Part shown: positions 19,991-30,761 of the stretch, in pieces
Layout: every line of letters starts with the position of its first letter
Numbering within the stretch: the first letter of the stretch is position 1
Source: an uncultured bacterium
GTDB lineage: Bacteria > Chloroflexota > UBA5177 > JANWHV01
Direction: 5' to 3'
Assembly (NCBI GenBank): GCA_963827235.1
Contig: CAWHAE010000016.1
Coordinates: 416,001-480,000, forward strand
Length of the DNA stretch: 64,000 bases
Translations under genes and position numbers: made by a program
Notes under the pieces: generated by a model
Seen by the model: only the letters and a program-made list of their open reading frames with translations
Told to the model about the DNA's origin: nothing
Database searches by the model: none

Positions 19991-21484
19991 CTACGACTGG
20001 GCCAGGCCCAGCGCGAATCGCACCAGCGTCCGCACGGGATGCCCGGTCGCAAGGCCCTTGGCAAAGTAGTCGCTCTCGTTATCCGAGAACGCCGTAGGGG
20101 CGATGTCGATATGCGCCCACGGCTTTTCGCCCGCGAACTCGGCCAGGAACATGGCGGCAGTTATCGCGCCGCCTTCTCTACCGCCCACGTTGCGCATGTC
20201 GGCACAGCTCGTGTCCAGCAACGTACGGAAGTCCGGGTCCATGGGCAACGGCCAGAGACGCTCGCCGGTGAGCTTGGAGGCACCAATCAGCCCGTCCCGC
20301 GTGCTCTCGTCGTTGGAGAACAAGCCCGAGTAATACGGGCCGAGGGCAACGCTGCAGGCGCCGGTGAGCGTCGCGGCGTCGACGATGGGCGAGAGGCCCA
20401 GCTCGACTGCGTAGCTCAGTGCGTCGGAGAGAACTATGCGACCCTCAGCGTCCGTGTTCTGTATCTCGATCGTTTTGCCGTTCATCGCCCGCACGATGTC
20501 GCCCGGTCGATACGACTCACCGTCAGGCATGTTCTCGGCCGTTGCCACCAGCATCGTGACGTTGAGCTTCGGCTTCAGGTCGGCAATCGCATGCATGGCA
20601 CCCAACATCGCAGCCGCACCGGCCATGTCTGTCTTCATGATGTGCATGTCCGCTCCCGGCTTCAGCGAGATACCGCCGGTATCGAACGTGATGCCCTTGC
20701 CCACCAGGCCAAGAGTTGGACGCACGCCCCCTCGATCGCCCCTATAGTGCAACGCGATCAGCCTGGGCGGCGTGGCACTGCCGGACCCCACCGCCAGGAG
20801 TGCGTTCATGCCGCGGCGCCGCAGCTCGTCGGGCTCGAATACCTCACATTGCAGCCCTTTGGCCTCGGCTAGGGCCTGCGCCCGTTTGGCCAGCTCGGCA
20901 GGGTTGAGGACGTTAGGCGGCTCGTTGACGAGGTCGCGCGTGAACGTGGTGCCGGCCATCATCGCCTCGGCAAGCCTGATGGCCGGATCGAGATCCGTCT
21001 CTGCAGGCCCGAAGAACGTCACCTGCTCAAGGCGAAGCGGTGGCCGTTCGGAGCTGAAATAGCCGTCAAAGCTGTAGGCAGCGAGAAGCACGCCCTCCGT
21101 TGCTGCCAGCGCTGCTTCCTCCGCCGTCAGCGATTCCATCGGCACCGCTTCGATGCCTGCGGTTGCCAGCCCCGCCTTCTTCAGGTGCTTCGTCACCTTA
21201 CCCGCCGCCCGGCGCACCGCTTCCGCGCTGAACCGAGTCCGCTTACCGAGACCTGCTACGATCACTCGTGCCGGCGGAAGCATACCGAGGGTGAGTATGG
21301 CGGTAACCTCGCCTGCCGAGCCCTTGATCTCGTTGCGTTCGACCATCGACGAGATGACGCCGCCCATGCGGGTGTCAACGTTCGCCAAAGTCGCCGACAG
21401 CGGCTCATCCTCGAAGTAAAACGCGACCACGGCATCGAGCGCGGCATTCGTGATTGCCTCGCCTCGTCGCGCAGTAATGCGCAT
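19991..21484 (-). CDS. pepA: Leucyl aminopeptidase (M17)
   Basis: RDLVNEPPN, LVGKGITFDTGGISLKP, MKTDMAGAA, NTDAEGRIVL, ATLTGA, WAHIDIA. Confidence 0.96.
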   Translation of the reverse strand: MRITARRGEAITNAALDAVVAFYFEDEPLSATLANVDTRMGGVISSMVERNEIKGSAGEVTAILTLGMLPPARVIVAGLGKRTRFSAEAVRRAAGKVTKHLKKAGLATAGIEAVPMESLTAEEAALAATEGVLLAAYSFDGYFSSERPPLRLEQVTFFGPAETDLDPAIRLAEAMMAGTTFTRDLVNEPPNVLNPAELAKRAQALAEAKGLQCEVFEPDELRRRGMNALLAVGSGSATPPRLIALHYRGDRGGVRPTLGLVGKGITFDTGGISLKPGADMHIMKTDMAGAAAMLGAMHAIADLKPKLNVTMLVATAENMPDGESYRPGDIVRAMNGKTIEIQNTDAEGRIVLSDALSYAVELGLSPIVDAATLTGACSVALGPYYSGLFSNDESTRDGLIGASKLTGERLWPLPMDPDFRTLLDTSCADMRNVGGREGGAITAAMFLAEFAGEKPWAHIDIAPTAFSDNESDYFAKGLATGHPVRTLVRFALGLAQS

Positions 21485-21672
21485 GGACTTCCCCCTCCAA
21501 ATCGGATCCTCTTGGATCGATTGACCCCCGCTTCAGAGATCGGCCCGGCGGTTCAGGAACGCGCCCTCGATCGCTGCGTCCTCAACGCTGCCAGGACCGC
21601 TCTTCCGGCATCCGGAACGCGGGGATGTGCGACCGCGTCCGCGACATTCGGTGCCGGCGAGCACCGGCACGT

Positions 21673-22365
21673 TCAAGTGCCAGGGTAACATATCGGCGAC
21701 ACCGGCGTCGCTCTACTCAGCGTCTCCACTCGTGCCGGACGAGGAGGCAGCCCCGAGCCAACGCTGATCGACGCCTCATGGTCCACCATCTCATTGCTGA
21801 TCCCTCGAGTGCTACCCTGGAACAGGGCATCCCGGCTCAGGGCGTAGCGGAGTCCCGACGTGGACACGGCATCAACAGATGGCGTGAGCGGCATCAGCGA
21901 CACGTAGTCCCCCGCCTCGCCCACGATGGTCCGCGAATCCCATACTACCAGCGCTTCGCCAGCCTCATCCAGCATGCGGAGGTCCACCGGTCTGAATACC
22001 GGCAAGGAGAGCAGCATCACGTTGCCGAGCGTATGGTCGAGTCTCGCGCCGCCCAGAGCCCCCACGACTGTGATCCGATCCGCTCCCTCCGACAGGGCAA
22101 AGTCGAGAGAGATCTCGAGATCCGTTTTGTCTTTGCTCACCGGGAATTCCACCATGTGCACGCCGGCCTCCTGCATCCTGGCTCGCGTATTCGGCGATAT
22201 GGAGTCCATGTCCCCAAGTACGGCGGCGGGCACGATAGCAGCGCCCATCACTGCCTCGGCTCCGCCGTCCGCGCAGACGATCAGGTCCGCCAAGACCGCG
22301 GTCGACATGAGCAGCTGAGCGCTCACCGGCGCGCTTCCGACGACGAGAACGTGGAGTGCAGTCAC
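21673..22365 (-). CDS. thiN: Thiamine pyrophosphokinase
   Basis: IVCADGGA, LGDMDSI, KDKTDLE, ALGGARLDHTLGN, GLRYAL, RGISN. The C-terminus is probably frameshifted (true stop near 21717). Confidence 0.9.
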   Translation of the reverse strand: MTALHVLVVGSAPVSAQLLMSTAVLADLIVCADGGAEAVMGAAIVPAAVLGDMDSISPNTRARMQEAGVHMVEFPVSKDKTDLEISLDFALSEGADRITVVGALGGARLDHTLGNVMLLSLPVFRPVDLRMLDEAGEALVVWDSRTIVGEAGDYVSLMPLTPSVDAVSTSGLRYALSRDALFQGSTRGISNEMVDHEASISVGSGLPPRPARVETLSRATPVSPICYPGT

Positions 22366-23477
22366 GGCTGGGCAGTTGCATCCTTGCCGTCGGGCATCGA
22401 TTCCTCCTGACCCTCGACGGACTGTTCGGGATCGCCAGCCTCCTGCGGTGCCGCCGACGGCCGCGCTCGGAGCGGTAGATGTAGACGCTCGCCCACTACC
22501 GTGAGCGCCACCGCCGCGCTCTGACCGGCACCGATGGCCAATCTTCTGCCCGCTTTGCGCGTGTGCTCAAGCACCGAGGGAGATCCATCGCGCTCCCGGA
22601 AGTTTCTCTGCGCCAACGTACCCGTTAGCAAGGTGCTGGACGCACTCAGAGCGGGCCGGGCCAGGTACACAGCCACCTGAGCGTAAAGCTTGCCATGCTT
22701 GCGCCCGCTCCCCCCGGCTGCCAGCTTGGAGATGCCTGCTTCCGCGCCGTCAAGCAGCAGAGTCGGCATCAGCGTCGACGCGGCTCGCCTGAATATGGCG
22801 GCCTTGTCGTCCAGGGACCAGCCGTTGATCGCTGCGATGGCCACAATGAGGGCTGCCTGGTGCATCAGGAGTTGGGCGGTAGCCGCAGTCGGCGCACCGT
22901 TTCTTCCCACACCGGCCCCCGCCACCGATCCCAACAGAACGCGCGGTTCTCGCGAACAGGCCCTGGTAAGCCGCCAGGCCAGGTGCCGGCGCAGGGCAGG
23001 CAGACCACGGCCAAGGGCAAGCCGGCGCTCCCAGAGGGCTGATGATAGCCGCGGAACGAGCAGCCTGCGCACCGTGGCGCGATCCACCTGCGGCATAAGG
23101 AGGGGATCCAGCAGACCGTCCAGGTGGGCATGATCCTTGATGATCACCGGCAAGAGGGGCACTCCGGAAAAAGCGCTACGCGCGCTGACCACGTGCTCGT
23201 CGGTCGCGGGCACCGCGATCACCAGCTCGGGCTTGCCCGAATCCTTGGGTGCCGGCTCTCCCTGGACGTGCCTCCAGATGTGAAGCCGGGAGTCGTCGGG
23301 CACCGTGCCCCCGGCGCGGAGGCACTCCACGACGCGTTCCGCGGTTTCGGGATCACCGATCACCACGATGCTCACCGACCGCCGCGCCTCGTCGACCATC
23401 TTCTTGTAGTCGAGTGAGGGCAAAGCGTCCAGGAAAGCTTTTGCGACGGCTCCAGGTGCATCGCTCACCGCGGGCAT
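22362..23477 (-). CDS. Hypothetical protein, possibly a divergent DUF697/YcjF-like membrane-associated protein
   Basis: 371-aa ORF coupled to thiN by a GTGA overlap. LALGRGLPALRRHLAWRL and QAALIVAIAAING resemble DUF697-type proteins (weak, from memory). Confidence 0.55.
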   Translation of the reverse strand: MPAVSDAPGAVAKAFLDALPSLDYKKMVDEARRSVSIVVIGDPETAERVVECLRAGGTVPDDSRLHIWRHVQGEPAPKDSGKPELVIAVPATDEHVVSARSAFSGVPLLPVIIKDHAHLDGLLDPLLMPQVDRATVRRLLVPRLSSALWERRLALGRGLPALRRHLAWRLTRACSREPRVLLGSVAGAGVGRNGAPTAATAQLLMHQAALIVAIAAINGWSLDDKAAIFRRAASTLMPTLLLDGAEAGISKLAAGGSGRKHGKLYAQVAVYLARPALSASSTLLTGTLAQRNFRERDGSPSVLEHTRKAGRRLAIGAGQSAAVALTVVGERLHLPLRARPSAAPQEAGDPEQSVEGQEESMPDGKDATAQP

Positions 23478-23587
23478 CTCGGCGAGGTCTTCACAAGATC
23501 GACAGCAACCGTTCCCCGTCCGCTATGCCGCGCGCCCGCGGCGTCATCCGGGCACTGACCTGATAGGAGCACTGTGTTCATACTTGA

Positions 23588-23596
23588 ATCGTAGCA
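23588..23596 (-). promoter_or_regulatory. Extended -10 promoter (TGcTACGAT) for the operon starting at 23477
   Basis: TGnTAnnnT motif about 110 nt upstream of the ORF start. Confidence 0.45.
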
Positions 23597-24041
23597 CGTG
23601 GCCATGTTCGGGATTGTGGACACGCGGAAACAGGCGAACGCCGGTGTCCTCTTCCGGGCCGTGAACATGCGCCGGAGTGACCTGAGACGAAGGGAAGCGC
23701 CGCACGCCCTTTCTGGCCGGCACCTCCACGGTCGAGCGAAGGGACAATTGGTCCGGGTTCGGTGCGGTGTCTGGAAGGCACCATATGGGGCGTACTGCGG
23801 TCATCCGCTCGGATTCCAGCGGAATGTGCAACCTAAGCTCCTGGCTCACCGGGGCAGCAATCTGCGTTGACCTGGGAGCGGAGTCCCATACGGCCTTGCC
23901 GGCTGCACTTGCCGCGGCTCATCGTGGAATCGCCACTCACTCGGACGGCACCACCCTACGTCCTCGCCGCGCAGGCGGGACACCACACGGAGATCGGCCG
24001 GCACAACGGCCGGCCGAGCCATACGACCCAGCTCGGGCTCG

Positions 24042-24170
24042 CTAGCGGCCGCGCCGCCGCTGAACCTCGTCGACCCGCACCTTCACGGGCACCGGGACAG
24101 GCCGCTGCCGGATCCGGGCAACAACGATGGCTCCGACGATACCCACGACGATGGTCGTAATCATGCTCAT
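24042..24170 (-). CDS. Small single-TM protein (~42 aa)
   Basis: GGAG before ATGAGCATG; MSMITTIVVGIVGAIVVARIRQRPVPVPVKVRVDEVQRRRGR is a TM helix plus basic tail; TACACT lies upstream. Confidence 0.55.
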   Translation of the reverse strand: MSMITTIVVGIVGAIVVARIRQRPVPVPVKVRVDEVQRRRGR

Positions 24171-24396
24171 GTCTCCAAACCACGTGAACAGGTCACCGAT
24201 GACCCGCCACTCTAGTGTACAATTCGGCCTGCGTCTTGGAATCACCCATATGGCACGTCCTTGGCCTGACTAATGGCCCAAGATGGCCAGGCGGGCGGCA
24301 GACCTTGCACGTTTGCGCCGTACACCTCCAGCACGAGACTTCACTATCGGGGTTCCGCGCGCCGTACGTCCCTCGCACGTTGGCGAGATCTATGAG

Positions 24397-25848
24397 CTAC
24401 AGCAGCACCCGCGCTCCCTGCGCCAGCGTCAGCACGCCGGACGGCCATACTCCCAGCAAGACCGTGCCGGCGAAGCCGAGCGCCACGACCAACCAGATCG
24501 ATACCGGGACCACCAACGCCTGCCCCTGCCGCGCTTCCGTGCGGAAGTACATGGCAAAGATGACCCGCAAATAATAGTACACCGATACGAGGCTGGCAAG
24601 CACGCCGATCACGGCCAGCTCTCCGTGCCCATCCGTGAGCGCAGTCTGGAAGACATAGAACTTGGCCCAGAAGCCGCCGGTAAGCGGGAAGCTCGCCAGC
24701 GAGATCAGGAATAACGCCATCGATCCTCCCAGCCAGGGATGGCTGTAGCCGAGGCCGGCAAAGTCGTCCAGCGTCGTGCGCTCTTCGTCTCCCCGTGCCA
24801 GCGCGGCCACCACGGCGAAGGCGCCGATGTTCATGAAGGCGTAGATGGAAAAATAGAAGAGCAGGCTCGGCACGCCGTCGCCCGGTTTGCCGTCGCCGTG
24901 GGCCGTATAGAGGGCGATCATCATGTAGCCGGCCTGAGCGATGCTTGAGTAAGCCAGCATGCGCTTGACGTTCGTCTGTACGACGGCCGCCACATTGCCG
25001 ATGACCATCGTGAACACGGCCAGCATCCAGATCAGGGCCAGCCAGTTCGCATGTACGGACGGCAGGGTGAGGGCAAAAAGTCGCACGAACGCCGCAAAGG
25101 CCGCGAGCTTGGTGCCGACGGACATCATGGCGGCGATCGGCGTCGGGGCTCCCTCGTACACGTCTGGCGTCCACGCGTGAAACGGCACCGCAGACATCTT
25201 GAATGCCAGGCCGACCACAAGCAGCGCTGCTCCGGCAAGCAGAATGGGGTCGCTCCCCGGGCTGGCAGCCTTCAGCGCCGCCGCGATTCCGCCATACATG
25301 GTGGAATTCGTCGCTCCGTAGACCAGGGCCATCCCATAGAGCAGAAAGGCCGACGAGAACGCGCTGAGCAGGAAATACTTGAGCGCCGATTCCTGGGCCT
25401 TCAGGCGGGACCTTTCGAACCCGGCCAGCACGTACAGGCAGATAGAGAACGTCTCGAGAGCCAGGAAGAGCACGATCAGGCTGTTCGCTGCCGCCATCAA
25501 CATCATGCCGCTGGTCGTGCCCAGCACGAGCACGTAGTACTCGCCGAGATTGACGTGGTGCATACCCACGTACTCGATCGAGAGGAGGACGGTAAGGAAA
25601 GCGGCGACCAGGAAGACGCCGTCGCAGAATAGTGAGAATCCATCGAGGGCTACGCTACCGGAGAAGCCCAGCTTGTTCGTGTCGTGCTGCACTATGGCGT
25701 CGATCCCTGCCGCCGCGATACCGGCCAGGCTGAGGGCGGGCAGGATCCACCGGAGCGGCTGCGTGACGTACAGGTCGGCGACGAGCACGACGATGGCGGC
25801 AATGGCCACGATCAGCTCGGGCAGAACTACCGTAAAATCTACGCTCAC
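24397..25848 (-). CDS. nuoN: NADH-quinone oxidoreductase subunit N
   Basis: LPELI, ESALKYFLL, FKMSAVPFHAWTPDVYEGAPTP, KRMLAYSSIAQAGY; GTG start overlaps the nuoM stop. Confidence 0.95.
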   Translation of the reverse strand: MSVDFTVVLPELIVAIAAIVVLVADLYVTQPLRWILPALSLAGIAAAGIDAIVQHDTNKLGFSGSVALDGFSLFCDGVFLVAAFLTVLLSIEYVGMHHVNLGEYYVLVLGTTSGMMLMAAANSLIVLFLALETFSICLYVLAGFERSRLKAQESALKYFLLSAFSSAFLLYGMALVYGATNSTMYGGIAAALKAASPGSDPILLAGAALLVVGLAFKMSAVPFHAWTPDVYEGAPTPIAAMMSVGTKLAAFAAFVRLFALTLPSVHANWLALIWMLAVFTMVIGNVAAVVQTNVKRMLAYSSIAQAGYMMIALYTAHGDGKPGDGVPSLLFYFSIYAFMNIGAFAVVAALARGDEERTTLDDFAGLGYSHPWLGGSMALFLISLASFPLTGGFWAKFYVFQTALTDGHGELAVIGVLASLVSVYYYLRVIFAMYFRTEARQGQALVVPVSIWLVVALGFAGTVLLGVWPSGVLTLAQGARVLL

Positions 25849-27353
25849 GGATGACCTCCGACCAGATGCACCACTTGTTGCACAGAACTCCAGGCCGGGT
25901 CCAGCCAGCCGCTCGGCACGACTCCGATCCAGACGATCAGTGCAATCAACGGCAGCAGGGCCGCGTATTGCCCAATCGACATCTCCGACCACCAGGCGGC
26001 CACGGTGCCCGAAGACGCCGGTGACGGACCGGACGTTCCGAGCTCGCCCAGCGGCCCGTGCATCGCTCCCTGGAACAGCCGCAGCATATAGGCAGCGGCA
26101 AGTACCACGCCGATCGTGCCGACCACAGCGTCCGCCGCGTTGGCCTGGAACGTGCCGGCTAGAATGAGGAACTCACCCACGAACCCGTTCAATCCCGGCA
26201 GTCCGAGCGCGGAGAGCGTGGCGACCAGGAACACGGCGGCGATGATCGGCGCGCGTGCCGCCAGGCCTCCCAACCGGGATAGGTCGGTGGTACCCCATCG
26301 CGCGGCGACGACGCCCACCAGGGCAAACAGTGCTCCGATCGTGATGCCGTGATTGAGCGCCTGCAGCGTAGCCCCCTGGATACCCAGCGTCGTTAGGCTG
26401 AAGATACCGAGCGTGATGAAGCCGAGGTGAGCGATGCTGCTGCAGGCCACCAGGCGCCGCATGTCGGTCTGGTCCAGGGCCAGCAGGGCACCGTAGATGA
26501 TCCCGATCACAGCCAGCACCATGATCGCGGGCGCAAAGTACTTCGCCGCCGTGGGAAACAGCGGCAGACAAAGGCGCAAGAACCCGTAGATGCCCATCTT
26601 GCTCATCACGCCGGCCACGATCACCGCGGTGGAAGGCGTCGACTCGGCGTAGACGTCAGGCACCCAGCTGTGAAACGGGAAGACGGCAGCCTTGATACCG
26701 AACGCCAGAGCGAATGCGAGGAAGACTGCCTTCTCCAGGTTGCCAGTCAGAGAATGCGCATTCTGCGCGGTCATCGCGACCAGGTCGAATGTGTGACCGG
26801 AGCCCTCCACGTAGAGCATCAGGATGCCGACCAGCATCAGCAGGCTGCCGGCCATGGTATAGATGACGTACTTGAAGGCAGCGTACACGCGCCGATCGCC
26901 GCCCCATGCGCCGATCATGAAGTAGGCAGGAATGAGCACTGCCTCCCAGTAGAGGTAGAACACCACCAGGTCGAGCGAGAGGAACACCCCGAGGAGGGCG
27001 CCTTCCAGCAGCAGCACTAGTCCGAGGTAGATGTTCAGCCGCTCGCGCACGGTGAAGCTGGACACGAGAATGGCGACCGGTGTGAGAATGGAAGTCAGCA
27101 GGATGAATAGCAAGCTCGTCCCGTCGTACCCGAAATGCAGGTCGACGTGAAACTGCGATACCCAGGTTGCGTCCACCTCATTGGCGCGGCTGACGATCGA
27201 GTCGCTGTGGTAGCCCACGAAGGTCGCGATCGCCAGACCGAGGGAAATCGCGGAGAAGCCCAGGGCCCCGCCAAGTGCGACGCGCGGCGTGACGCCCAGC
27301 AGGAGAACCGTGAGAGCCCCAATGATGGGAATCAGTAGCAGAGTCTGTATCAC
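25845..27353 (-). CDS. nuoM: NADH-quinone oxidoreductase subunit M
   Basis: DLVVFYLYWEAVLIP, IKAAVFPFHSWVPD, SKMGIYG, SSIAHLG, LGLPGLNGFVGEF. Confidence 0.95.
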   Translation of the reverse strand: MIQTLLLIPIIGALTVLLLGVTPRVALGGALGFSAISLGLAIATFVGYHSDSIVSRANEVDATWVSQFHVDLHFGYDGTSLLFILLTSILTPVAILVSSFTVRERLNIYLGLVLLLEGALLGVFLSLDLVVFYLYWEAVLIPAYFMIGAWGGDRRVYAAFKYVIYTMAGSLLMLVGILMLYVEGSGHTFDLVAMTAQNAHSLTGNLEKAVFLAFALAFGIKAAVFPFHSWVPDVYAESTPSTAVIVAGVMSKMGIYGFLRLCLPLFPTAAKYFAPAIMVLAVIGIIYGALLALDQTDMRRLVACSSIAHLGFITLGIFSLTTLGIQGATLQALNHGITIGALFALVGVVAARWGTTDLSRLGGLAARAPIIAAVFLVATLSALGLPGLNGFVGEFLILAGTFQANAADAVVGTIGVVLAAAYMLRLFQGAMHGPLGELGTSGPSPASSGTVAAWWSEMSIGQYAALLPLIALIVWIGVVPSGWLDPAWSSVQQVVHLVGGHP

Positions 27354-27363
27354 GGCGTCTCCC

Positions 27364-29283
27364 CTAGCGCTGCCCTATGGCCAGCAACACTACAAGCACG
27401 ACCCCGATCATGATCGACAGGGCGTATGAGCGCACATAACCCGATTCGGCGGGCCGGATGTCGTCACCCACGTCTTGGACACCCCTGGCCACCCCGTTGA
27501 CCAGACCGTCGATCATGGCGCGATCGAGCCACCGCCATGACGTGCTCGCCAGCCAGTAGCCCGGCCGCTCGAACACTAGCTCGTAGAGACGATCGAAGTA
27601 CCACTTTTCCGCCAGGAAGGTGTAGGCGGGCTTCGCCGCGCCGGCCGGCTCAGGTCGCGGACCGCCCGAGTACAGCGCGCGGGCAAGTAGGAATCCGACG
27701 GCGATCAGACAGATCAGTATGACGAAGGCTCCCCACTGAAAGCTCACGTCGGCGTTGCGAGGATCGGGGATGAAGTAACGGCCGGTGAAGACACCGAACA
27801 CCGGATCCAGCCATTCGTGAAACTTCGTGAAGAACGGAAGCTGAATGAATCCGCCGGCTATCGCGAGTACTCCCAGCACCGACATGGGCATCATCATCGT
27901 GGCGGGCGCCTCATGGATGTGGCCAGCCAGATGCTGCTCCACGCGCAAGGCGCCGTGGAAGGCAAGGTACCAGAGCCGGAACATGTAGAATACCGTCAGC
28001 CCGGCGGTCAGCACTCCCATGGCCCATATGACTCTATGCCAGTCGCCCCAGGCCCAGGCATGGGCCAGGATCTCATCCTTGCTCCAGAATCCCGATAGTG
28101 GCGGCACTCCGGCGATCGCGATCACACCGACGGTGAACAGCAGGTAGGTTCCCGGCAGGCGCCGCGCGAGACCACCCATCTTGCGCAGATCCTGCTCGCC
28201 GCCCAGAGCGTGGATGACGCTGCCTGCACCCATAAAGAGCAACGCCTTGAAGAACGCATGGGTCATGAGGTGGAACATGCCCGACGAGTAGGCGCCGACA
28301 CCCACGCCGAGAAACATGTATCCGATCTGGCTCATCGTGGAGTAGGCCAGCACGCGCTTGATATCCGTCTGCACGAGAGCGATGGTCGCGGCGACGAGCG
28401 CGGTAGTTGCGCCGATGCCTGCCACGACGCCCGCACCCACTGGAGAAAGATCGTACAGAACGTGGCACCGGGCAATGAGATAGACGCCGGCCGTGACCAT
28501 GGTCGCGGCGTGGATTAGGGCGCTGACTGGCGTCGGGCCCTCCATCGCGTCCGGGAGCCAGGTATGCAAGGGGATCTGGGCGGACTTGGCTATGGCGCCA
28601 ACCAGCAGGAGCAGACAGAGTGCCGTTACAACGTGGTCGCCGCTGCCGTGCATCGCCGCCTTGGCAAACACGCCCGCGTACGTGATCGTGCCGTACTGGC
28701 GAATCATCAGAAAGATAGCCAGCATGATGCCGACGTCGCCCACCACGTTCATCACAAGTGCTTTGCGCGCCGCCAGCACGGCCGACGTCCGCGAATACCA
28801 AAAGCCGATCAGAAGGTAGGACGAAAGTCCCACCATGCCCCATCCGACCAGCAGGAACAGGAAGTTGTTGGCGACGACCAGCAATACCATGGAGAAGATG
28901 AACAGATTCATGTAGGCAAAGAAGCGCGAAAAGTCCGGGTCATCGCGCATATAGCCCACGGAGTAGACGTGTATGAGGAAGCCGACGCCGGTTACTATGA
29001 GCAGCATCACGATCGTGAGCGGGTCGATCAGCATGCCGAAATCTATGCTCAGCCCGCCCGACGTCATCCACGTGTAGTAGGAGACGTTTCCCTTGATCAG
29101 CATTTCCTGGGGCGTGTAGGTCAGCAGCTGCAAGTAGGCGTAGAGCGACACGAGCAGCGCGGCGCCGACGGATCCGCAGCCAACCCAGGCTACGCCGACT
29201 TTGGTGAAGCGCCGACCGGCCGCGCCGTTGATCACAAAGCCGGCCAGCGGCAGCGCAAGCAACGACCACGCGTAGCTGTGCAT
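27364..29283 (-). CDS. nuoL: NADH-quinone oxidoreductase subunit L
   Basis: KSAQIPLHTWLPDAMEGPTPVSALIHAATMVTAG, DIKRVLAYSTMSQ, THAFFKALLF. Confidence 0.96.
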   Translation of the reverse strand: MHSYAWSLLALPLAGFVINGAAGRRFTKVGVAWVGCGSVGAALLVSLYAYLQLLTYTPQEMLIKGNVSYYTWMTSGGLSIDFGMLIDPLTIVMLLIVTGVGFLIHVYSVGYMRDDPDFSRFFAYMNLFIFSMVLLVVANNFLFLLVGWGMVGLSSYLLIGFWYSRTSAVLAARKALVMNVVGDVGIMLAIFLMIRQYGTITYAGVFAKAAMHGSGDHVVTALCLLLLVGAIAKSAQIPLHTWLPDAMEGPTPVSALIHAATMVTAGVYLIARCHVLYDLSPVGAGVVAGIGATTALVAATIALVQTDIKRVLAYSTMSQIGYMFLGVGVGAYSSGMFHLMTHAFFKALLFMGAGSVIHALGGEQDLRKMGGLARRLPGTYLLFTVGVIAIAGVPPLSGFWSKDEILAHAWAWGDWHRVIWAMGVLTAGLTVFYMFRLWYLAFHGALRVEQHLAGHIHEAPATMMMPMSVLGVLAIAGGFIQLPFFTKFHEWLDPVFGVFTGRYFIPDPRNADVSFQWGAFVILICLIAVGFLLARALYSGGPRPEPAGAAKPAYTFLAEKWYFDRLYELVFERPGYWLASTSWRWLDRAMIDGLVNGVARGVQDVGDDIRPAESGYVRSYALSIMIGVVLVVLLAIGQR

Positions 29284-29284
29284 A

Positions 29285-29587
29285 CTATCCCTTCATCGAA
29301 TTCACGGCGTCGACGTTGATGTCGTCGCGCGAGCGGAAAATGGATACGATGATCGCCAGCCCGATAACAACCTCCGCCGCCGCAACCGTCATCACGAAGA
29401 AGACAAATATCTGGCCGTCCATCGAGTGCATGCGGCGGGATAATGCCACGAGCGTGAGGTTGACCGCGTTGAGCATCATCTCGATCGACATGAAGATCAC
29501 AAGTGGATCGCGCCGGATGAGCACACCCAAGGCGCCCAGTGAGAACAGGATGGCACCAACCACCAGATAGGCCGAAGTCGATACCAA
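29285..29587 (-). CDS. nuoK: NADH-quinone oxidoreductase subunit K
   Basis: [40 protein letters not shown]; start placed at TTG 29587. Confidence 0.94.
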   Translation of the reverse strand: MVSTSAYLVVGAILFSLGALGVLIRRDPLVIFMSIEMMLNAVNLTLVALSRRMHSMDGQIFVFFVMTVAAAEVVIGLAIIVSIFRSRDDINVDAVNSMKG

Positions 29588-29666
29588 GCTCCCGACCCCC
29601 AATCGTGCCTGATTACCCAGTTCAGGTGTTCGACGACACACCTGCCATCCGGACGAGCGATGAACG

Positions 29667-30212
29667 TTAGCCGGCTTTGCGCTTGGCCAGCACCACTGCT
29701 CCCAGCATGGCCATGAGCAAGAGGAATGAGGTGACTTCGAACGGAAAGAGATACGTACTGAACAGCTGGTCGGCAATCGTGTTCACGCAGCCAAGCCCGC
29801 CCCCAGTGTGGCCGGCGTTCGGTGTCGGGCAGGATCCGTCGACTGTCTGGCCGGACTTGCTGATCATGCCGTGCAGCGCGTTGCGTGCCAGGTCGAGAGC
29901 CAGGATCAGGGCGACTGCCGCGGATAGCACGACTGCAGGCACACGGAGCCTGACCAGAGGATCGTCTCCCGGTTCTTCGCGACCGGGCGACAACAGCGTG
30001 ATCACGAAGAGGAACAGCACCATTATCGCGCCGGCATAGACGATGATCTGCACTGCCGCAAGGAATTGAGCGTCGAGCAGAATGTAGTACACCGCCAAAC
30101 AGGCAAAATTCGCAACCAGGAAAAGCGCACAGTAGATCGGGTTGCGCTGGACAATCACATTGAGCCCTGAAAACACCGCGACGACTGTGGTGATCCAGAA
30201 TGCAGCAGTCAC
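29667..30212 (-). CDS. nuoJ: NADH-quinone oxidoreductase subunit J
   Basis: [43 protein letters not shown]. Confidence 0.95.
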   Translation of the reverse strand: MTAAFWITTVVAVFSGLNVIVQRNPIYCALFLVANFACLAVYYILLDAQFLAAVQIIVYAGAIMVLFLFVITLLSPGREEPGDDPLVRLRVPAVVLSAAVALILALDLARNALHGMISKSGQTVDGSCPTPNAGHTGGGLGCVNTIADQLFSTYLFPFEVTSFLLLMAMLGAVVLAKRKAG

Positions 30213-30709
30213 TTTGCTCCACCTGCCGGCGCGCCGGCCATGCCGAGCTTCTCCTTTACCACACGCGGATCGGGCACGAGCATCATCTCCTTGGTGTAGA
30301 TCATGTGCGGAATATCGAAGTCCGATAGCTCATAGTCGTGCTTGAGCACGATGGCGCCAGTCGGGCACGCCTCTTCGCACAAGCCGCAGAAGATGCATCG
30401 AGACATATTGATCTCGTACCGCCTTGCATAGCGCTCGCCCGGCGAGACCCGATGTTCGTCGCTGTTCTCGGCTGCCTCGACGAGGATGCACTCTGCCGGG
30501 CATGCGCCTGCGCAGAGCTCGCAACCGATGCACTTCTCGAGCCCGTTGTCGTAGCGCTCCAGCACGTGCCGGCCCCGGTAACGCGGCTTGACGCCTACCC
30601 GCTCCTCAGGCCACTGGACCGTGATCTTCTTCTTGAACATCGTGGAGAACGTCAGCGACATGCCCCGTGCAATCGCCGCGACGCCTTCGACAAACGCGTT
30701 TGTAGCCAA
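30209..30709 (-). CDS. nuoI: NADH-quinone oxidoreductase subunit I
   Basis: Two 4Fe-4S motifs [12 protein letters not shown] and [12 protein letters not shown]; RYRGRH. Confidence 0.96.
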   Translation of the reverse strand: MATNAFVEGVAAIARGMSLTFSTMFKKKITVQWPEERVGVKPRYRGRHVLERYDNGLEKCIGCELCAGACPAECILVEAAENSDEHRVSPGERYARRYEINMSRCIFCGLCEEACPTGAIVLKHDYELSDFDIPHMIYTKEMMLVPDPRVVKEKLGMAGAPAGGAK

Positions 30710-30761
30710 GATTCGACTCCCCGTTGCCCAGATCCCACACCGGAATTCGCGTTTCCCGGCT

